The position numbers were made by a program, and so were the translations under genes. This document shows positions 38,311 to 47,295 of a DNA stretch of 64,000 bases, in pieces. Within the stretch, counting starts at the first letter, position 1, and every line of letters starts with the position of its first letter. Under the pieces are notes generated by a model. The model had not been told where the DNA came from. It was given only the letters and a program-made list of their open reading frames with translations, and made no database searches. The stretch covers positions 32,001-96,000 of the forward strand of contig JAYUVP010000249.1 in the NCBI GenBank assembly GCA_043753995.1, in the 5' to 3' direction. This DNA comes from Fibrobacterota bacterium. GTDB lineage: Bacteria > Fibrobacterota > Fibrobacteria > UBA11236.

Positions 38311-38387
38311 GCACTCTTAGCTCAACTGGATAGAGTACCGGCCTTCGAAGCCGAGGGTTGGGGGTTCGAATCCCTCAGGGTGCACCA
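38311..38387 (+). tRNA. tRNA-Arg (anticodon TCG)
   Basis: Acceptor stem GCACTCT/AGGGTGC plus ACCA; D-arm GCTCAACTGGATAGAGT; anticodon loop CTTCGAA (TCG at 38345-38347); T-loop TTCGAAT. Confidence 0.95.
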
Positions 38388-38485
38388 AGTTTTCGCGGCA
38401 TTGCCTTCCATCCCGTTACGGATTAAATTCTTACACCTCGCATGACTTTAGTGAGAAAGCATGCACTCATCCCAAGAGGTGTCTA

Positions 38486-38710
38486 GTGGCTAAATATTGT
38501 ATTGAGAAATTCGAGAGCGATACCGGGCTTGAAAAAAAGGTCTGGTGGCGGCAGGACAAGCATGTCCATGACGCTGGCTTCATTTCCACCATTAAGCAAA
38601 GGCTAGGGACGCGCTATGGCGGAAATTGGGATGTGCGCGTGAATAGCTATGAGTCGAATCAGTCCTCGCCACCGGTGGGAGGCGTGGACTACCAAGAAGA
38701 ATTGGCGTGA
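38486..38710 (+). CDS. Small hypothetical protein (74 aa)
   Basis: GTG start with an AAGAGGT RBS, fills the intergenic gap, natural composition. No recognised family. Confidence 0.5.
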   Translation: MAKYCIEKFESDTGLEKKVWWRQDKHVHDAGFISTIKQRLGTRYGGNWDVRVNSYESNQSSPPVGGVDYQEELA

Positions 38711-38755
38711 CGCCAGGCCGATGCCCCCAAGCTTTGGGTCCCGGGGCTTCAGCCA

Positions 38756-39343
38756 TCACTCCTCCATAAATACCGGGGCCGCCAATTCCAAAACAAAGGC
38801 TTTCACGTCTTCCGGCCAAGCCCCGATTTGTTGCGTGAATTTTTTCTCTTCCTTTCGGTATAAGGCGCGCAGGGCTTCTTCATAGCCCGGCATGTCCCCC
38901 GCCATCACCGTTAAGAATTTGTAGGCCCTTTCCTGAGCCTGCTTCACCGCATTCCCTTCGGCCGATTTTTTCTTGGCTTCGTCCACCAGCCGACGCAGGA
39001 CGGCCGAGGCTCCGCCAGCCTGGGTGGCCAGCCATTCCCAATGCCGGGGCAATAAAGACACCTCGCGGGAAATCACGCCCAGCTTGGGCCGACCCGGCCC
39101 TGAATTTTCCAGGGGCGCGTCACTTACAAACACTTCCAAGCGTTTTTGCACGTCTTTTTCCGAGCCATGAAAATGGAAGTCGATAGCCTTGCCGGTGGCA
39201 TCGCTGAAAATCGTGCAAGGGTTGTGATCCGACTTGCCCAAACGTTTTTTGACCTTGAGGACGACCTCGGTCAACGACCCCCGAAACAGTATTTTGGCGC
39301 CTTCGAAAACCGTATAGGCCGTGCTGGTATTGGCTTTTTCCAT
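38756..39343 (-). CDS. DUF2239 family protein
   Basis: GPGRPKLGVISREVSLLPRHWEWL..Q.GGASA.LRRLVDEA and MAGD.PGYEEA.RALY. Start placed at MEKANT. Confidence 0.9.
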   Translation of the reverse strand: MEKANTSTAYTVFEGAKILFRGSLTEVVLKVKKRLGKSDHNPCTIFSDATGKAIDFHFHGSEKDVQKRLEVFVSDAPLENSGPGRPKLGVISREVSLLPRHWEWLATQAGGASAVLRRLVDEAKKKSAEGNAVKQAQERAYKFLTVMAGDMPGYEEALRALYRKEEKKFTQQIGAWPEDVKAFVLELAAPVFMEE

Positions 39344-39361
39344 GATAACCCCCTTGCCACT

Positions 39362-39408
39362 AATATTACCCGGGTTTAATTTGATTGTCAATATTACCCG
39401 GGTAAATT
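39362..39408 (-). promoter_or_regulatory. Sigma70 promoter of the DUF2239 gene overlapped by two palindromic operator-like repeats
   Basis: Minus strand TTGACA (39391-39386)-N17-TAATAT (39368-39363). AATATTACCCGGGT repeated at 39362 and 39390. Confidence 0.8.
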
Positions 39409-39475
39409 ATTTCGAATCGGAGCTGCCGGTACCCGTACCGACCCTTTCCCTGCCGACCCTGCTACTTTATGGGCT

Positions 39476-40456
39476 ATGCATATTCTCGTCACCGGCGGCT
39501 GCGGCTTTATCGGCAGCAATTTCGTGCGTCTTGTCCTCGCTCAACGTCGCGACCTGCGCATCACCAATCTCGACAAGCTCACCTATGCCGGCAATACGGC
39601 CAACTTGGCCGATGTGGCGCAGGACGCAAATTACCGCTTTGTGCAAGGCGATATTGCCGACGAAGCCGGCATGGAAGCCCTTTTCGCCGATGGGCGCTTC
39701 GATGCCATCGTGCACTTCGCCGCTGAGTCGCATGTCGACCGTTCGATTACCGGACCGGGCATTTTCGTGCATACCAATGTGTGGGGCACCCAGGTTTTAC
39801 TTGAAGCCTCTCGCCGCCACAAGGTGGGTCGTTTTCTGCATGTTTCTACCGACGAAGTCTATGGTTCGCTCGGCGCTACCGGCTTATTCACCGAAACCAC
39901 GCCTTATGCGCCCAATTCGCCTTATTCGGCCAGCAAGGCTGGGTCCGATATGTTAGTGCGCGCCTACCACCACACCTTCGGCATGGATACCGTCATCACG
40001 AATTGTTCCAATAATTACGGTCCTTATCAGTTTCCCGAGAAATTGATTCCCCTGCTCATCACCCATCTCATCGACGGTCTCAAAATTCCGATTTATGGCG
40101 ACGGGCAAAACATTCGTGATTGGCTGCATGTGGAAGACCATTGCCGGGGCATTTTGCTGGCCTTGGACAAGGGCAAGGCGGGCGAGACTTATAATATTGG
40201 TGGCCGTAATGAGCGAAAAAACCTTGAAATCGCCCATAGCCTACTGTCCCTTCTGGGACGCGATGCGACCTCCATCGAATATGTTCCCGATCGCCTAGGT
40301 CATGATCGGCGTTATGCCATTGACGCCGACAAGATTCGCCGCGATCTCGGCTGGGAGCCGGTGCACACCTTCGAAACCGGTTTGCCGGCCACCGTGAATT
40401 GGTATAAAACCCATGAAAGCTGGTGGCGTCCACTAAAGGTCCGTAAAAAGACCTGA
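39476..40456 (+). CDS. rfbB: dTDP-glucose 4,6-dehydratase
   Basis: GGCGFIG, DKLTYAGN, AAESHVDRSI, STDEVYG, YSASK, CSNNYGP and GHDRRYAID. Confidence 0.97.
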   Translation: MHILVTGGCGFIGSNFVRLVLAQRRDLRITNLDKLTYAGNTANLADVAQDANYRFVQGDIADEAGMEALFADGRFDAIVHFAAESHVDRSITGPGIFVHTNVWGTQVLLEASRRHKVGRFLHVSTDEVYGSLGATGLFTETTPYAPNSPYSASKAGSDMLVRAYHHTFGMDTVITNCSNNYGPYQFPEKLIPLLITHLIDGLKIPIYGDGQNIRDWLHVEDHCRGILLALDKGKAGETYNIGGRNERKNLEIAHSLLSLLGRDATSIEYVPDRLGHDRRYAIDADKIRRDLGWEPVHTFETGLPATVNWYKTHESWWRPLKVRKKT

Positions 40457-40485
40457 ATCTTTTTTGCCCGATTACCTTTTCCTGC

Positions 40486-43400
40486 ATGAGGAAGGGGTAT
40501 CTCCGAAAATCCGGGGTGGAATCGCTATTCCCCAATTCCGGAATTAGGCAGGGCCTGCGCCTGGCTTGGCTGGGCCTTTTTTTTGTTTTTGCCACTTCTT
40601 TGCGCGCCGGGAATGTGGTGGATACCATAGCCAAGGCCGGCGATTTGGCATCCATTGGAACTCGTTACAGTAATAAAACCTTGGCCGCCAGCGATACGCT
40701 TTTTTTGCGCTTTGCCATACGTAGCGGATTCGGGTCTCTATCCCTGTCGAATTTCTCCGCTGCCGCGGTGGTGCTTGAGCCGCTGGAGCCATTCGATTCG
40801 ACCTTGGCCTTGCATTTCACAACCGAATTCATGCGCATGGATTCGGTTGCGGCCACCGTGGTCATTCGCAATTTGAATATCATCGCTGATGGCGCCAATC
40901 CCCGCTGGATAGTAGGCAACAACAACTATCCGAATGGTTCCTTGCTGATCTCGAAAGTGCAGGTATCGGGTTCATCGAGTTGGCCTGAAAAATTCATGGG
41001 TTGGTGGGGCGACTCCACTTCAACGGTGACCTTTCGTCAATGCGCCTTGGTGGCGCCGGCGGCCACCGGGATTTGGCGGTTCCTCAATCTGGGCCGGTTT
41101 GAAATGAGCCGCACCTTGATTCGCGTTGCCGGGCAGTTCAAGGTAGAGGCCTATGATGCCGTGACCTTTCAGGGGAATACTTTGGTGGCTTGCGGTTTTG
41201 ATTTGGATGGATTGCCTACGGGCTATTCAACGGGTGTCGTGCAAGTGCAGAACAATCACTTTGTGCAAGCGGGCAAGGCGGCCACTGAGCCCATAAATGT
41301 GGTGTCCAGTTTCGCCCTGCTGGACCCTACCTTGCAAACCGGTAATGTCCGTGCTGGTTATTCGGCTATTTTCAAGCCGGGCAATGTCACTAATATTCTT
41401 GAGACGCCCAAAGACCGCTTCACTGCCGCCGACGGCGTTCCCGATTCCTCCGAAACCTGGCTGTGGCGTATCCCAGGCGATACCCTGCGCGGCGCCTTCG
41501 CCTCGGGCGGCCTCCCGGCTTGGAATACGCGCCCCGGGGAGACCTCGCGGATATTCTCTCCGGGACTTCCCGCCGATTCGGGCATCAAGCTGTCCTTCGC
41601 CGCCTGCGAAGTTCCCCGAAAGCTGGGATTGGTCTATGCGAAAGTCACTTATCCCCAGGAGTTGGTGTATCGTACGCGTTACCGTAGCGACACGGCTTTG
41701 CGGGTCACCGGCCCCGTCAGCGTCACCAAAATCCAATTCCCCGATGCCTTGCCCGTGGGCGACAATGCCGTCTTGCTTTTCGGGTCGAATCCCTTGCAAA
41801 TCAAGGCCAGCAGCGATTCGTCGCGAGCGGTGTATACCTGGCCTCTCGACTATGTCGAGCCCGTGGTACCCGCGGCGGCCTTAACCAGAGGAATTTCACG
41901 CGGTAAAAACATCGTTTTTCAGGCGGGAAATTCGGGCTCGGTGCAATGGCGCTTTCCGGAAGTGCAACGCGCCGGTCATGTGATTATTACCGCCGACCCT
42001 GCTAAGAATTTCACTCGCCCCAATTTACGCCTGCTGACTTTAGAGGCGGGCAATACCGCCATCACGCTTTCCGGTGATTTCGAACCGAAAACGGGCGACT
42101 CCATCACCTTGGGTCTCAAAGTGGTGAAAGCCTCTTGGCCATTCGATGCCGACAAAGTCGAACTGTGGCGGCAAACCGGTGGCGGCGATCCGGTTTCCCT
42201 GGGGCATTGTAAAGTGGATCCCGATTCGGGGCGATCCTTTTATCGCTGCGGTTGGGTATTGCCCCCCAAGGCGGGGCAGCCCTATGGCGATATCAATGGA
42301 GCCTATTCGCTGACCGAAAAGCTCGCCGTGCCGGTAGGCAAAAGCGCGATGACCCCGTTCTCTTCCGCGTCGCTCAATGGCATCAGCATGGAGTTCACCG
42401 CCAATCAAGGCTTTCAATTTTCAACCAGCTCGCAATTCCTCGATTCCCTGGCGTCGCCTTCCTTGGCCTACCTGTCCAACTTCAGCAAACGCGCGCTCTG
42501 GAAATGGCCGGGTCGCGAACAAGACTCTCTTTCCAAAGCGGTATTGAAGTGGACCGTGGCCGACTCGCAAGCGCAGCTCTTTCGCTTGAATTCGAAAACG
42601 GGCGAAGCCCTGCTTTATAAGGGCCAAGGTCGGCAGAATGGTGTCCTCTCCGTGGATTTGGGGCTGCATGATACCGATGTCTTTTTCGCCCGCAAATACA
42701 GCCTACCCCGCTATCTCAGCGGCGAAGGCTTTGACACGGCTTTTCGGGGTTTTGAGGTGAAGCATTTGCAGCTGCAGAATCCCTCGGATATGGCGATTGA
42801 CTCTTTTTCCGTGTCAGGGAAAAAGTGGAGAACCGAGCGCGACATACGTAAAGCCTTGCGACTTTCCGGGCGGGGCCTGATTGTCTTGAGGCCCTTCGAT
42901 ATGATTTTGCCGGCGGCGAAAGACACGGTGGATTCGGTTTATTGGGTTCGCAGCCTTGGAAATGAATCGGAGATTCTGGATTCCGCAGCGGCCAATTGCA
43001 GCGGAAATTCCTGCACGGTCAAGGTTCCCAAATTCAAGGATAGCCTTTGCCTAGTCATGGTCGGCAAGTGGCCTACGAAAAAGCCCATCGACACGTTACC
43101 GCCAATAGACACCACCCAGAAGGGTGATACGGCCATTGACTCTATTCCCAAGCCGCCGGATCCCCAAACCAATCCGACCCCCGATCCCCCTAAGGAACCC
43201 GAAATCAAGGTGGCCGTGCGTGATCAAGCGCAGGTCCTGGCCAACGGTACCATTCTCCTCATTCCCGGCATTCCCGATTCGCTGGCCAAGGCAACGAAGT
43301 CCATTACCGTGACTTGTTTAACCTTGAGTCCGCTCGGCGGGCCCCAGGCGGTGGCTTTGAAACCGCTAAAGCCAGGAGATTCGATTTTACTCCGGCAGGG

Positions 43401-44748
43401 CAAGGCATGGGACTTGGGGTATCGTCTCAGTTACCTAGACAAAAAAGCAACGGTTTTGGCCCAGTCCGCCGATTCGCTTTTGCATCAGCCTCTCAACTTG
43501 GTCATGAAGGAAATGAATGACACCTTGCCCAAATTGGCGAGACTGAATCGCCATTTAATGGGTTGGAGCTTGCCCGAAACTTCCGTCGACTCGGCCTTGG
43601 CCCTTTGGCTGGCAACGCCGAATCCGGCGGCCCGCGCCGATTCGCAATTGGAATTGCATGCCTTGAAGGCCGATGCGTGGAAGCCCTGGAGCCGCAATCA
43701 GCGGGTCAAGCCCGGCCTAGGGCTTTTGATGGCGTCGAAAAGCGAATTAAAACCTCGCTTTCCCGACAGTCTTCCCTTCCATGGAGAAGCGATTTCCCTG
43801 CCACTCGATAGCGGCTGGAATCTGGTCGCCAATCCTTTTCCTTTTCCCATAGCCCAAGCTTCCATCGTCGACACGACGCGACTCGATCGCTTTCAAGCCT
43901 TGAATACGAGTGAAGCCCAGCCCTGGCGGCAAGCCGACACGCTTTGGCCCTTTTGCGGCTATGCCGTATTCGCTACGCGCCGACAAAATTTGGTTTTCGA
44001 TCCGCTGAAATCGGCCGCGCCTCGCGCCGCCTCTAAAACCGCCGCCGCCGATGGCCGCGCCGCTGATTTGCTTTTGCGCATTGCCAGCAATGTCGGGGAT
44101 GAAGCGGACTTGCGAATCACGGCTTCGCCGCGCGGAGCCGGTCATCTCGACGGCATGAAAACCCAGGCCATGGAGGCTTGGTTCGATGGAGGTAGGCCTT
44201 ATCGCATTTTACCCGATCGCGACCCGTCGGCGACCCTAGCCGAACTGACTCTTCGATTGCCCGGAGCACGTCGCGTGCATGTTACGGTAGCGTCTCTATT
44301 ACCTGACGCCGCCGCCGGCACGGGCGCGGCTTGGCTTGACAAGCAAACCGGACTTTGGCGTATGCTTGAGCCGGATGCCTTTCTCGATTTGCCAGCTGGC
44401 CAATGGAGCTTTCAAATCAAGACGGGCCCTCCCGCCTCACTCCGGCAGCAATTGGCCCTCATGCAGCCGCGCGGGCCAGGTAGACTGGCCCTGGCGCCCA
44501 TGGGCCGCGATCGGGGCTTATGGCGCGTGGGTGTTCCTCCCGAATTGGGTTATGCGCGCTTGCGGGTCACGGTTTTTGATGGCATGGGACGCATGCATTG
44601 GCGACAAGCCTTGTCGGTCTCGGGAGCGGGTTGGCATGCCTTTGTCCTGCCCGCCTTGCCGCCCGGGGTTTTCGTGAGCGTGACGGCCGAACAGGCCGAT
44701 GGCCTGCGACAAAAAATCACTCGTCGCGTCGGGCTGGCGGGGCCATGA
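40486..44748 (+). CDS. Large secreted multidomain protein with a possible N-terminal beta-helix, Pro-rich linker and T9SS-like C-terminal tail
   Basis: Signal-peptide-like segment, PKPPDPQTNPTPDPPKEP linker, GWNLVANPFPF motif and C-terminal VTVFDGMGR...LPPGVFV. Confidence 0.7.
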   Translation: MRKGYLRKSGVESLFPNSGIRQGLRLAWLGLFFVFATSLRAGNVVDTIAKAGDLASIGTRYSNKTLAASDTLFLRFAIRSGFGSLSLSNFSAAAVVLEPLEPFDSTLALHFTTEFMRMDSVAATVVIRNLNIIADGANPRWIVGNNNYPNGSLLISKVQVSGSSSWPEKFMGWWGDSTSTVTFRQCALVAPAATGIWRFLNLGRFEMSRTLIRVAGQFKVEAYDAVTFQGNTLVACGFDLDGLPTGYSTGVVQVQNNHFVQAGKAATEPINVVSSFALLDPTLQTGNVRAGYSAIFKPGNVTNILETPKDRFTAADGVPDSSETWLWRIPGDTLRGAFASGGLPAWNTRPGETSRIFSPGLPADSGIKLSFAACEVPRKLGLVYAKVTYPQELVYRTRYRSDTALRVTGPVSVTKIQFPDALPVGDNAVLLFGSNPLQIKASSDSSRAVYTWPLDYVEPVVPAAALTRGISRGKNIVFQAGNSGSVQWRFPEVQRAGHVIITADPAKNFTRPNLRLLTLEAGNTAITLSGDFEPKTGDSITLGLKVVKASWPFDADKVELWRQTGGGDPVSLGHCKVDPDSGRSFYRCGWVLPPKAGQPYGDINGAYSLTEKLAVPVGKSAMTPFSSASLNGISMEFTANQGFQFSTSSQFLDSLASPSLAYLSNFSKRALWKWPGREQDSLSKAVLKWTVADSQAQLFRLNSKTGEALLYKGQGRQNGVLSVDLGLHDTDVFFARKYSLPRYLSGEGFDTAFRGFEVKHLQLQNPSDMAIDSFSVSGKKWRTERDIRKALRLSGRGLIVLRPFDMILPAAKDTVDSVYWVRSLGNESEILDSAAANCSGNSCTVKVPKFKDSLCLVMVGKWPTKKPIDTLPPIDTTQKGDTAIDSIPKPPDPQTNPTPDPPKEPEIKVAVRDQAQVLANGTILLIPGIPDSLAKATKSITVTCLTLSPLGGPQAVALKPLKPGDSILLRQGKAWDLGYRLSYLDKKATVLAQSADSLLHQPLNLVMKEMNDTLPKLARLNRHLMGWSLPETSVDSALALWLATPNPAARADSQLELHALKADAWKPWSRNQRVKPGLGLLMASKSELKPRFPDSLPFHGEAISLPLDSGWNLVANPFPFPIAQASIVDTTRLDRFQALNTSEAQPWRQADTLWPFCGYAVFATRRQNLVFDPLKSAAPRAASKTAAADGRAADLLLRIASNVGDEADLRITASPRGAGHLDGMKTQAMEAWFDGGRPYRILPDRDPSATLAELTLRLPGARRVHVTVASLLPDAAAGTGAAWLDKQTGLWRMLEPDAFLDLPAGQWSFQIKTGPPASLRQQLALMQPRGPGRLALAPMGRDRGLWRVGVPPELGYARLRVTVFDGMGRMHWRQALSVSGAGWHAFVLPALPPGVFVSVTAEQADGLRQKITRRVGLAGP

Positions 44749-45578
44749 ATAGGATTTACGACGCCTTCGCCTTAGGGCTTGCCGCCTTTGTCGTCCTGGT
44801 TTTGGCCACGCCTTTGCAAGCAGGGCAATGCTTGGGCGACAGCCTGCATTATCGCATTCTCTCTTACGAGGTGGGATATCCCAATGTGAAATCCATCACA
44901 CCCGTGCAAATGCCTTGCGATACCATGGTTGTCGAGGAAGGCAGAATCACGGAAATCTTTCCGGGTACGCTTTTGCATTTCGGCGACGACGCCCATTTCG
45001 ATTGCGTTCTGCAAGTGCGCGGGCAATTGGTGGCCAAGGGCACGCCCACCAGGCCTATTTACCTGGCGGGCAATTCGGTGAAAACCTCGGTCGGTGTCGT
45101 GCATGGAAAAGCGAAATGGGGCGGCCTGCAAATCGACAGTTTGGGTTCCCTCAATTTTCGCCATGTGCGAACCATGAATGCCTCGACGGCCATCACTTTT
45201 TTGGGCAAAGAAAGCCAATTGGACAGCGTTTTCTTTTCCGGTTGCTTTGGCCTCATTCTTCCCGGCGGACGCAATTATGCCCTGGATCCCCAGGGAAGCT
45301 TTTACCCCGAATTCGATATTCTTCGGCCGCCACGCAAGTCCAGTCCTTTGCCCATTTTCACGGTGGCCTCCCCCGTGGCAAGCAAGAAAGACAGCGCGGC
45401 CCATGCGCCTTTATGGGCTTGGGGAGCCGCGGCGGGAGTGTTTTTAGCGGGCGGTGCTGGGGCTTATGTTTGGTGGGAAAATCAGGATGGCGGCTTGGCT
45501 CCAACGACGGATAAGCCTGGGCCCGGGGAATCCTTTCAAAGCCTCCCTCCCACGCCGGGTTCCCTTCCCAGAAAATAA
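44745..45578 (+). CDS. Secreted hypothetical protein with a beta-helix-like segment and C-terminal TM anchor
   Basis: ATGA-coupled start MNRIY; L.V.G.L.A.GT...PI...WGGL beta-helix-type pattern; LWAWGAAAGV TM. Confidence 0.65.
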   Translation: MNRIYDAFALGLAAFVVLVLATPLQAGQCLGDSLHYRILSYEVGYPNVKSITPVQMPCDTMVVEEGRITEIFPGTLLHFGDDAHFDCVLQVRGQLVAKGTPTRPIYLAGNSVKTSVGVVHGKAKWGGLQIDSLGSLNFRHVRTMNASTAITFLGKESQLDSVFFSGCFGLILPGGRNYALDPQGSFYPEFDILRPPRKSSPLPIFTVASPVASKKDSAAHAPLWAWGAAAGVFLAGGAGAYVWWENQDGGLAPTTDKPGPGESFQSLPPTPGSLPRK

Positions 45579-45592
45579 AGCAGGAAAAAATC

Positions 45593-46543
45593 TTGGCCTT
45601 AAGCATTGTCTTCATGGGCACGCCGGAATTCGCTGCCCCTTATTTACCGGCTTTGATTGCCGATGGTCATAAGATTTCCTTGGTGGTCACTCAGCCCGAT
45701 AGGCCCAAGGGCCGGGGCCAGCAATTGGCGGCTTCGCCGGTCAAGCTTAAGGCCCTGGAATTAGGTCTTGAAATCGCGCAACCGGTTTCTCTGCGCACAC
45801 CCGAATTTCATGATTTGATCGCCGCGCAAAAAGCCGATGTCCTGGTGGTGGTGGCCTTTCGCATTTTGCCAGCCTCTCTTTTTCCTCTGGCGCGGTATGG
45901 CGCGGTGAATGTGCATGGTTCGCTTTTGCCCAAGTATCGCGGTGCCGCGCCGATACAGTGGGCCATCGCCGAGGGCGAAAGCGAAACCGGCGTGACGATT
46001 TTCCAGCTCGATGCCGAAATTGATCATGGCGCACTTCTAGCCTCGGCCTCCTTGCCTATCGGGCCCGATGAAAATGCCGGAGAATTATTCGCGCGCCTTT
46101 CGGCCCTAGGCTTGAATTTGCTGCGCGAGACCTTGCCCAAATTCGCCGCCGGCACCTTGCCGCCGCGAGAGCAAGCCCATGGTGAGGCGACGCCCGCGCC
46201 CAAGCTGAAAAAAGAGGACGGCCTGCTCGACTTTTCCAAGCCCGCCGCCTGGCTGCACAATCGCGTGCGCGCTTTGAATCCGTATCCGGTGTGTTACGCT
46301 ACCCTGGAGCCCTCCCACCGTAACCTGCGTGTTTATAAGACGGCGCGCCTCGCCGCGGGCGAAGCCCTGGCCTTGCAGCCGGGGGAATTGGCTGTGGATG
46401 CCACGCATTTCCCCCTCGTGGGCACCGGCGACGGCGCCTTGCGCCTCCTCGAAGTGCAGCTCGAAGGCCGCCCCCGCGTCACGGGCGCGGAATTCGTGAA
46501 TGGCTTGCGGGGCTTGGAAGGAATGCGCCTGCAGGGGGTTTAA
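45593..46543 (+). CDS. fmt: Methionyl-tRNA formyltransferase
   Basis: FMGTPEFA, VVTQPDRPKGRG and NVHGSLLPKYRGAAPIQWAI. Confidence 0.97.
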   Translation: MALSIVFMGTPEFAAPYLPALIADGHKISLVVTQPDRPKGRGQQLAASPVKLKALELGLEIAQPVSLRTPEFHDLIAAQKADVLVVVAFRILPASLFPLARYGAVNVHGSLLPKYRGAAPIQWAIAEGESETGVTIFQLDAEIDHGALLASASLPIGPDENAGELFARLSALGLNLLRETLPKFAAGTLPPREQAHGEATPAPKLKKEDGLLDFSKPAAWLHNRVRALNPYPVCYATLEPSHRNLRVYKTARLAAGEALALQPGELAVDATHFPLVGTGDGALRLLEVQLEGRPRVTGAEFVNGLRGLEGMRLQGV

Positions 46544-47295
46544 GGGTTCCGGCGCAGTTCGCCTACCCCCTCGATCCTCACCTCGATATGATTCCAATCG
46601 AGCCCGTCACGGAATAGACCAAGGCCGACTTCCACTACCCCGGCGGCACTGCGCTGCTTGCCTTCGGTGGTGTCCCCGTCGACGAGATTCCAAGCCCGAT
46701 TCATGGCCGCTTCCAGGTGAGAGGCTCCTAGCATGGCGGCGAGATTACGTATCACCGCGATATGCCCCAGGGCGCGGCGCGTCACTTCTTCGGATAGGGG
46801 TCCGCGTAAGAGGGCGATGGCCTCCTGGCCTTTGTGTATTAAGCCTTCGAGAGTTTCGCCATAGCGCTTCGGATCCAAGCCGAGTTTTAGGCGAGTGCGC
46901 GCTGGCGAAGCCACCAGGCTTTCTATGAAGGTATTCAAGACAGGAAAAACGCGCACGGTCACCTGCCGGCCTTCGACGGGTTTGACCAAAAGGCCTTCCA
47001 GCCCTAGGCCGCTGGCCTTCATCACCACCTCGCGTGCGGCTGTCGATGTGATCAACATCGCGGGTATTCCTAAAAATCGGGGATCCTTCCGGGCTTTCGC
47101 TAAAAGTGAGACTCCATCAATGCCAGGTAAGCGCACATCGAAGAGAAACAAAGCCGGCGCTAATCCTTCGTCTAGGGCTTTCCAAGCGGCCTCGCCGTTT
47201 TCGAATTCGGCGAATTTGAGGCGTCCTTGGGTGGATAATGGCTCGCGCAGGGCAGTGCGCGCAATGGCATCGTCATCGACTAGCATGACCTTCAT
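46540..47295 (-). CDS. Response regulator (REC domain plus helical, Hpt-like C-terminus)
   Basis: VDDD, DVRLPGIDG, LIT and KP. C-terminal helical domain without a recognisable HTH. Confidence 0.85.
   Translation of the reverse strand: MKVMLVDDDAIARTALREPLSTQGRLKFAEFENGEAAWKALDEGLAPALFLFDVRLPGIDGVSLLAKARKDPRFLGIPAMLITSTAAREVVMKASGLGLEGLLVKPVEGRQVTVRVFPVLNTFIESLVASPARTRLKLGLDPKRYGETLEGLIHKGQEAIALLRGPLSEEVTRRALGHIAVIRNLAAMLGASHLEAAMNRAWNLVDGDTTEGKQRSAAGVVEVGLGLFRDGLDWNHIEVRIEGVGELRRNP

Noticed and set aside
38388..39470. tRNA-anchored genomic island
   Set aside because: No duplicated tRNA 3' end (att site) or integrase was found in the window.
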